This document shows, in pieces, positions 58,356 through 64,000 of a stretch of 64,000 nt of DNA. Position 1 is the stretch's first letter. Each line of letters begins with the position of its first letter. The translations under genes and the position numbers were made by a program. Origin of the DNA: an uncultured delta proteobacterium (lineage in GTDB: Bacteria > Desulfobacterota > Binatia > DP-6); NCBI GenBank assembly GCA_963815115.1, contig CAWFFN010000005.1, positions 704,001 through 768,000 of the forward strand, written 5' to 3'. A model generated the notes under the pieces. That model was not told where the DNA came from. It did no database searches and saw only the letters and a list, made by a program, of their open reading frames with translations.

Positions 58356-59699
58356 CTACGCTCCCGCCGTCGCAGCGGGGAGGAGCGCTATGGCCTCGGT
58401 TTCACAGAGCAGGTCGGGACGGCACAACGGAGCCTCGACGAGCGCGCACGGGAAGCCGTCGAGGCCGCGCGTGCGAAGCATCGAGCGCAGAACCGGCGCA
58501 TCGCTCGGGTTCTTGAGATACGTGACCCCCGACGCGAGGTTCTCGAAGCTGGCGCCCTGCCGGGCGAGCAGCGACGCGATGTTGTCCAGCATGCGATCGA
58601 CCTGGGCCTCGAAGTGTCCCACGTGGACGGTCCGTCCCACTTCGTCGATGCTCGCGGTTCCGGAGACGTAGAGGGTCACCTTGTTCGCGTCGGCGATCCT
58701 CAGGCCGCGCGAGAAGTCCGCACCATAGGTCCACGCTTCGTTGAGCAAGGGGGTGTGAATCGGCGCGATGTCGAGCCCCCGGGAAGACGTTGCCGCATGG
58801 AGGCTCATGGAGAAGTCGTGCGCCCCCGAAAACGGAGCGCCCTGAACGCACGTGCTGGCAGGCCTTCGCTCGATGCCGCAGCGCCGGAAGAACTCGCGCC
58901 GGGCTCTGTTGAGCGCGGCATAGTCCCGGTCGATGTTCCGCACGTGGATCCACGTGCGGACGACGTTGGCGAAGCTCATCCCGGCGTCGGCGAGCAGACC
59001 CTCGGCGACACGGAACATGTGGTACGCCTCCTCGAATGCGTCTTCCCCCGACCCGTAGATGTTCCCGGTGTGCAGGGAGGTCTGGTCGCCCAGGCGGACA
59101 ACCGTCGCGCGCGCTCGCGGTGCGCAGGCTTCGCACGAGCAGGCGGAGGTCCGACTCGCCTCGTACGCCGAGTACGACCCCCCGGAGCGAGGAATCACGG
59201 CCACCGCGGAGAGCTCGAGGTGCGCGCGGCGGTCGAGCGGAGGCTGTCCGATGAACGTCGTCGCCACGGGGCCGGCCTCGAGCCCGGCCGCCCGGACCAC
59301 CCGACAACGTGCGCGACGCACCACCTCGCAGTGCTCTCGGATCCGTCGAAGGAACACGGTCTCGGTGACGATGGCCTCGGGTCCCGCGCCTTCCCGGGCA
59401 AGCGCGGCGAGCAGGGCCTCGTAGAGCGCGTCGGCTTGCCGGGCCGCATCCGGGATCCCCTCGCCCGGCCGGCACTGGATGAACAGCTCATCCGCCATGG
59501 GGCCGCTGAACCGGCGAAGAGCGATCGACGCGCTGCTCGCCTGGACGCGGCGATCGAATGCTGCGGGCTGCGCCGCGGCCGCCTCCCGCCCTGGTGCGAC
59601 CGGCATCCGCCGCGCGCGTGATCCTCGATCGTCCTCGTGGACCCACGCCGCCGGCTGCCGGCGGCGTGGCGTACCGAGGACTTCCACGGCCCGGCTCAT
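58356..59699 (-). CDS. Multi-domain Rid/YjgF-fold protein, chorismatase (FkbO/Hyg5)-like
   Basis: VRTW, YAALNRAR, PAST, YGADFSRG, YVSGTASI, LCRPDLLCETE. Confidence 0.78.
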   Translation of the reverse strand: MSRAVEVLGTPRRRQPAAWVHEDDRGSRARRMPVAPGREAAAAQPAAFDRRVQASSASIALRRFSGPMADELFIQCRPGEGIPDAARQADALYEALLAALAREGAGPEAIVTETVFLRRIREHCEVVRRARCRVVRAAGLEAGPVATTFIGQPPLDRRAHLELSAVAVIPRSGGSYSAYEASRTSACSCEACAPRARATVVRLGDQTSLHTGNIYGSGEDAFEEAYHMFRVAEGLLADAGMSFANVVRTWIHVRNIDRDYAALNRARREFFRRCGIERRPASTCVQGAPFSGAHDFSMSLHAATSSRGLDIAPIHTPLLNEAWTYGADFSRGLRIADANKVTLYVSGTASIDEVGRTVHVGHFEAQVDRMLDNIASLLARQGASFENLASGVTYLKNPSDAPVLRSMLRTRGLDGFPCALVEAPLCRPDLLCETEAIALLPAATAGA

Positions 59700-59704
59700 G
59701 GGCG

Positions 59705-60865
59705 CTACCTGCAGCTCCGGGCCATCAGGGGCGGCACAACCGGCGCCTCGAACGTACCGTACTTGTTGTTCGCGAAGCAGTTCTCGTGACCCGTATCGAA
59801 CATGAGGTACGTCACGTCCGCCGCAAACAGCTCCAGGCCACCGAACGGCGTCGGAGCGGTTCCGTTGCTCTTGAAGACGTTCGAGACGTACGTGTTGTCG
59901 TCCGGGGCGGACTCGACTTGCGGAGGGTTCGATGAGCAGTCGAACTGTGATCCCGCCACCGCCACGCAGTAGTCGACGACCGTGATGCCGTAGAAGTTGT
60001 TCCTCTCGATCCGGTTCTTCTGAATGTTCACGTTGTCGACGCCCAAGACCAGAATGCCGCCACCGGGTGGCAGGGACGCGGACATCGAACCTGGCGGCGC
60101 GTCATTCGGCTCGTTGTTGTCGTGCACGTAGTTGCCGACGATGTCCCAGTTGCCGTCGTTTCCGAGCGGAGGCAGAGACGCTGCCGAAGGATGATAGAGG
60201 CCGATCCCGGTGGTGTTGTGGTGAATGTGGTTGTTCTTCGCCACGATGTTCTTCGAGACCGTGATCTCGAGGCCCGTGGGGCTGTTGTAGAACTCGTTGT
60301 TGAGAACGCGGACGTTCTCGGACGCCTCGATCCACAGCGCGCTGTCTTCCGAGCCGTACGCGACGTTCTTCTTCACGAGGCCGTTCGCCGAAAGGGTCGG
60401 CCAGATCCCGTTCTCCAGGTTGGAGATCGACTCGTTTCTCTCGATATTGAAGTCGTGCACGTGTCGCAGCCAGATGCCGTTGTTCGAGAACCCCTCGACG
60501 GTGAAGCCCTTGATCGTCACGCCGACGACATCGGGATCGCCCGGGTTTGCAGGCTCGACCATGATGCCGTGCTTCTGACCTGGGCCCGGCAGGATGCGGA
60601 CCTTCACCTTTGGCAGCCTGCTCTTGGCGAGCAGCCTCAGTGGCTTGGTGATGCGGACGGCGGCCGTCCCCGCGTGCGTCTCGGTGTAGTCGCCGGGCAT
60701 CACGACGATCGTGTCACCCGGCGACGCAGCGTCGACCGCCTCCTGGATCGACTGTCCGGGCGCTACCCTGGACACGGCCGCCGGGGCCGTCGCGGGGATA
60801 CACCCGAGGGCGAAACCCAAAACCGATACTGCACCAATGCTCAGTCTAGCTTGTGTCACTTTCAT
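59705..60865 (-). CDS. Secreted right-handed parallel beta-helix repeat protein
   Basis: AGGAGAGG RBS; signal peptide; SIQEAVDAASPGDTI; Asn-rich PbH1 repeats. Confidence 0.9.
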   Translation of the reverse strand: MKVTQARLSIGAVSVLGFALGCIPATAPAAVSRVAPGQSIQEAVDAASPGDTIVVMPGDYTETHAGTAAVRITKPLRLLAKSRLPKVKVRILPGPGQKHGIMVEPANPGDPDVVGVTIKGFTVEGFSNNGIWLRHVHDFNIERNESISNLENGIWPTLSANGLVKKNVAYGSEDSALWIEASENVRVLNNEFYNSPTGLEITVSKNIVAKNNHIHHNTTGIGLYHPSAASLPPLGNDGNWDIVGNYVHDNNEPNDAPPGSMSASLPPGGGILVLGVDNVNIQKNRIERNNFYGITVVDYCVAVAGSQFDCSSNPPQVESAPDDNTYVSNVFKSNGTAPTPFGGLELFAADVTYLMFDTGHENCFANNKYGTFEAPVVPPLMARSCR

Positions 60866-61062
60866 CCTCTCCTGTGCGCTCGGAAGCGTACGCTCGGTCG
60901 AACTATCGATCGGCCGTGACCGGGTAGATGACCGGCGGTCACGTGCGATCGTCAAATGCCGCCTTCAGACCAGCGCGCGTCACGCCGGGCGCAGCACTTT
61001 AGTCGCACCGCTGTGGATCGTTCTCGGCTTGCCTTACACACGGCGATATCCGCGGCGCCAGG

Positions 61063-61078
61063 TGCAGCATGTGTGCCA
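61063..61078 (-). promoter_or_regulatory. Putative sigma54 -24/-12 promoter for the beta-helix operon
   Basis: Minus strand TGGCACACATGCTGCA (GG-N10-GC); palindrome TGGGA-N7-TCCCA at 61159-61175, ~80-100 bp upstream. Confidence 0.6.
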
Positions 61079-61483
61079 GCGGACTCCGCCCGTGGCGGCG
61101 CACTTTCCTTGCACTTCCGCGAACGACGGGCGCGGGTTCGTGTCCCCACACGAAACGGTGGGACATTATTTCCCATGCGCTTCGGGACGCCTGCCGAGCC
61201 CGGTCTGGGCCGCGGCGGCTGGCGTTCGTCGTACCGATGGGTCCGCGGTCGATGCAGGCTATCTGGGATCTACCGGCCCTGGCCTGGCTGGCCGGAGTTC
61301 GGCGGCGCGCTTCTCGTGCGCGGTCGAGGTGGCGAGCGTCTTTCTCGACCTCGATCGTCCCTCCCGGGCTGATCGACGGCTGGCGCACGATACAGCGCCC
61401 GAGACCGCCGCAGGAGAGCGGTGTTCGCTTGCGCCGGGTCGACGTCCACGCCGCCCGGGCGCGGCGCCTTCCCCGGCCGCACC

Positions 61484-61705
61484 TCATCGCCACGGCGACA
61501 CGGCGAGGAAGAGGAGCCACAGCCCGAGCAGCAGAACCAGGGCGAGGCCGAGCAAGAGCGCATTGCGCGCCCACCGCCTGACCATGGCGTCGAGGAACTC
61601 GCGCCAGCCGAGGGTGAGCGGCGGGACGAAGAGCGTCACCAGCGCCGCCCACGCGCCCGCGAGCACGAGCACCAGCGCGACGAGCATGAGGAGGCGAGCA
61701 GGCAT
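61484..61705 (-). CDS. Small two-TM membrane protein
   Basis: 73 aa, two hydrophobic helices, GAGGGG RBS, directly after the ABC operon. Confidence 0.6.
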   Translation of the reverse strand: MPARLLMLVALVLVLAGAWAALVTLFVPPLTLGWREFLDAMVRRWARNALLLGLALVLLLGLWLLFLAVSPWR

Positions 61706-61716
61706 CCCCTCACCCC

Positions 61717-62562
61717 TCACAGACCCTTGTCCAGGAACTCGCGCACCACCTCGGCCGGCGACCGGTGATCGCCGTCGACCGCCCGGTTGAGCCGCCGCAT
61801 GGTCGTCGCCGAGATCTTTCCCGCGAGGCCCGCGAGGACGTCGCCGAGGCCGGGGAACTGCTCGAGGGTCGCGCGGCGCACCACCGGCACCGCCTCGTAG
61901 GGCGGGAAGGCATGACGGTCGTCGGTGAGCATGACCAGCGCGAGGGTGTCGATCTGCGCGTCGGTCGCGCTGCCGACGGCGAGGTCGGCCTTCCGCTCCG
62001 CGAGGGCACGGTAGAGGAGGCCCAGGTCCATGGTGCGGACGTCGCGGAACGCGAGGCCATAGGTCCGCTCGAGGGCGGGGAAGCCGTCCGCGCGCTGCTG
62101 GAACTCGTAGCCGAAGGCGGCGGTCCAGTCGCGGGCCGGACCGACCGCCGCGGAGATGGTGCGCACGCCCGCCTCGGGACGCACGACGAGGGCGAACGTG
62201 TTGTCGAAGCCGAGCGGCTCGGTCCAGACCAGCCCGGGCGCGTAGGCCTCGCGGACGCGCGCGAGAACGCGCGCCGGATCGGTATCGGGGGGTTCCTTCA
62301 GCACGGCGGTGAGCGCGGTGCCGGTGTACTCGACGTAGACGTCGATCTGCCCCGCACGCAGGGCCGCGTCGGCCACGAAGGTGCCGCCGAGGTCGAGCTT
62401 GCGCTGGACGGGGATGCCCGCCCGCTCCAGCACCTGCGCCAGCAGCTCCCCGAGGATGCGCTGCTCGGTGAAGTTCTTCGAGCCGACGACCACGCGGTCG
62501 CCGCGGCCGCCACACGCCGTGACGGCGACGAGGAGCAGGACTGCTGCAGCGACGCGCATCAT
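61717..62562 (-). CDS. Osmoprotectant (glycine betaine/OsmF-type) ABC substrate-binding lipoprotein
   Basis: Lipobox VTAC; VGSKNFTEQ, YVEYTGT, GFDNTFAL, FPPYEA. Confidence 0.93.
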   Translation of the reverse strand: MMRVAAAVLLLVAVTACGGRGDRVVVGSKNFTEQRILGELLAQVLERAGIPVQRKLDLGGTFVADAALRAGQIDVYVEYTGTALTAVLKEPPDTDPARVLARVREAYAPGLVWTEPLGFDNTFALVVRPEAGVRTISAAVGPARDWTAAFGYEFQQRADGFPALERTYGLAFRDVRTMDLGLLYRALAERKADLAVGSATDAQIDTLALVMLTDDRHAFPPYEAVPVVRRATLEQFPGLGDVLAGLAGKISATTMRRLNRAVDGDHRSPAEVVREFLDKGL

Positions 62563-63167
62563 CGCGGCGGACGCAGGCGGCGCTCCAGGGCGCCGAGAAG
62601 GGAGTCGGCGCCGAGCGCGAGCGCGGCAGCGGGCAGCGCGCCGGCGAGGATGGTGCGGTTGTCCACCATGGCGACGCCGCGGAAGATGAAGACCCCGAGG
62701 CCGCCGGCTCCGATGGCCGCCGCGATCGTCGCCAGGCCGATGCCGATCACGGTGGCGAGCCGGACGCCGGCGAGGATGACGCTGGCTGCGAGCGGCAGCT
62801 CGACGCGGCGGAGCAGCTGGCGGTCGGTCATGCCGAGGCCGCGGCCCGCCTCGCGCACCGCGGGATCGACGCCGCTGATCCCGACCACGGTGTTCCGCAG
62901 GACCGGCAGGACGGAGTAGAGGGTGAGCGCGATCAGCGCGGTGCGCGTCCCGATGCCGCCGAGGAACGGGACCGGGATGAGGAGCCCGAAGAGCGCCAGG
63001 CTCGGAATCGTCTGCACGGCGCTCGCCGCGCCCAGCACGAGGCGCTGCCAGCCGGGCCGCCGGGTGAGCACGATCCCGAGCGGCACGCCGATGGCGGTCG
63101 CGATCCCCACGGAGACGACGACCAGGAGCAGATGGCGGCCGGTCTCGGTCAGGATCTCGGTGGCCAC
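62559..63167 (-). CDS. Osmoprotectant ABC transporter permease
   Basis: QTIPSLALF, EAGRGLGMT, VELPLA, IGAGGLG. Confidence 0.94.
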   Translation of the reverse strand: MATEILTETGRHLLLVVVSVGIATAIGVPLGIVLTRRPGWQRLVLGAASAVQTIPSLALFGLLIPVPFLGGIGTRTALIALTLYSVLPVLRNTVVGISGVDPAVREAGRGLGMTDRQLLRRVELPLAASVILAGVRLATVIGIGLATIAAAIGAGGLGVFIFRGVAMVDNRTILAGALPAAALALGADSLLGALERRLRPPR

Positions 63168-63172
63168 GGCGG

Positions 63173-63913
63173 TCAGTCCTGGCCGGCCTGGAGGAAGGCT
63201 CGCACCGTGGGATCGTCCGTTGCCGCGAGCTGGTCGGGCGTGCCGACCGCGAGGAGCCGGCCATCGGCGAGCAGCGCGAGCCGGTCGGCGACGCGCGCCG
63301 CCTCGCGCAGGTCGTGGGTGACGAAGACGGCCGTCTTCCCGAGCTGCCGCTGGAGCGCGCGGAAGGACTCCTGGAGCTCGCGCCGGGTGATCGGATCGAG
63401 CGCCGCGAAGGGCTCGTCGAGGAGGAGCAGGGGCGGGTCGGCGGCGAGGGCGCGTGCCACGCCGACGCGTTGCCGTTGGCCGCCGGAGAGCTCGTGGGGG
63501 TAGCGTCGACCGTACTCGGCGTCAGGCAGGCCGACGAGCTCGAGCAGCTCCTCCACGCGCGCCCGCCGGCGATTGCCGTCCCAGCCCTCCAGCTCCGGGA
63601 CGATACCCGCGTTCGCCGCGACCGTGAGGTGCGGCAGCAGGCCGATGTCCTGGATGACGTAGCCGGTCCTGCGGCGCAGCCGGATGGGATCCCATTCGGT
63701 GGTGGGACGACCGGCGACGCGCACCGTGCCCGTCGTCGGCAGGAGGAGGGCGTTCACCAGCCGCAGCGCCGTCGTCTTCCCGGAGCCGCTGCGGCCGATG
63801 AGCGCCAGCGTCTCGCCCTCGGCGACATCGAGCCCGAGGCCGTCGAGGATCGGACGTCCCGCCGGCGTGCGCACCGAGGCGCCGTCGTACTCGACGAAGC
63901 CGGAGCCGCTCAT
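63173..63913 (-). CDS. Osmoprotectant ABC transporter ATP-binding protein
   Basis: GRSGSGKTT, LSGGQRQR, LLDEPF, VTHD. Confidence 0.95.
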   Translation of the reverse strand: MSGSGFVEYDGASVRTPAGRPILDGLGLDVAEGETLALIGRSGSGKTTALRLVNALLLPTTGTVRVAGRPTTEWDPIRLRRRTGYVIQDIGLLPHLTVAANAGIVPELEGWDGNRRRARVEELLELVGLPDAEYGRRYPHELSGGQRQRVGVARALAADPPLLLLDEPFAALDPITRRELQESFRALQRQLGKTAVFVTHDLREAARVADRLALLADGRLLAVGTPDQLAATDDPTVRAFLQAGQD

Positions 63914-64000
63914 GGGCCGAAGCCCGGCGCGGCGCCGTCCACCTGGATGCGCGCCGGACGGGCCGGCGTCTCGCCGGCCCTGGCGATCGGGGCCACGTCG
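63910..64000 (-). CDS. 3' end of an upstream gene (partial, unknown)
   Basis: Open frame ...DVAPIARAGETPARPARIQVDGAAPGFGP* whose TGA overlaps the ATPase ATG. Confidence 0.45.
   Translation of the reverse strand, partial: DVAPIARAGETPARPARIQVDGAAPGFGP

Noticed and set aside
61141-61165. TGTCCCCAC...GTGGGACA hairpin as a type I-E CRISPR repeat
   Set aside because: Single copy; better explained as part of an upstream activator region.

Overview
A very GC-rich bacterial chromosome segment (roughly 70% GC by eye), densely coding, with about 65 CDSs. I found no rRNA, tRNA or CRISPR array. The protein families suggest a Ca. Binatia/Binatota-like 'deltaproteobacterium' (inference only). Housekeeping genes include sucA-sucB-lpdA (sucB frameshifted), an FKBP, ettA, dusB, queC-like, miaE, ilvB, aat, cyaY, malic enzyme, gltA, olsBA-like, dinB and an osmoprotectant ABC transporter. 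Lipid/aromatic catabolism genes include a P450, acyl-CoA dehydrogenases, a fused CoA transferase and an SDR. There are also two VapBC-type toxin-antitoxin pairs, an IS3-like remnant and three ECF sigma factors. Most notable: (1) four copies of a 96-286 bp nested-palindrome repeat with GNA-triloop hairpins and one compensated base pair; the copies sit beside stop codons and have been absorbed into the 3' ends of two genes (REPIN/MITE-like). (2) A lower-GC four-gene operon (54.7-61.2 kb) behind a sigma54-like promoter: beta-helix protein, chorismatase-like Rid protein, PD40/TPR lipoprotein with CxxCH, and a multiheme cytochrome. (3) Two paralogues of a small unknown protein, each downstream of a recognisable ECF promoter in a separate ECF sigma/anti-sigma locus. 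(4) Many leaderless-type promoters. All product calls come from motif recognition by eye; no database searches were run.
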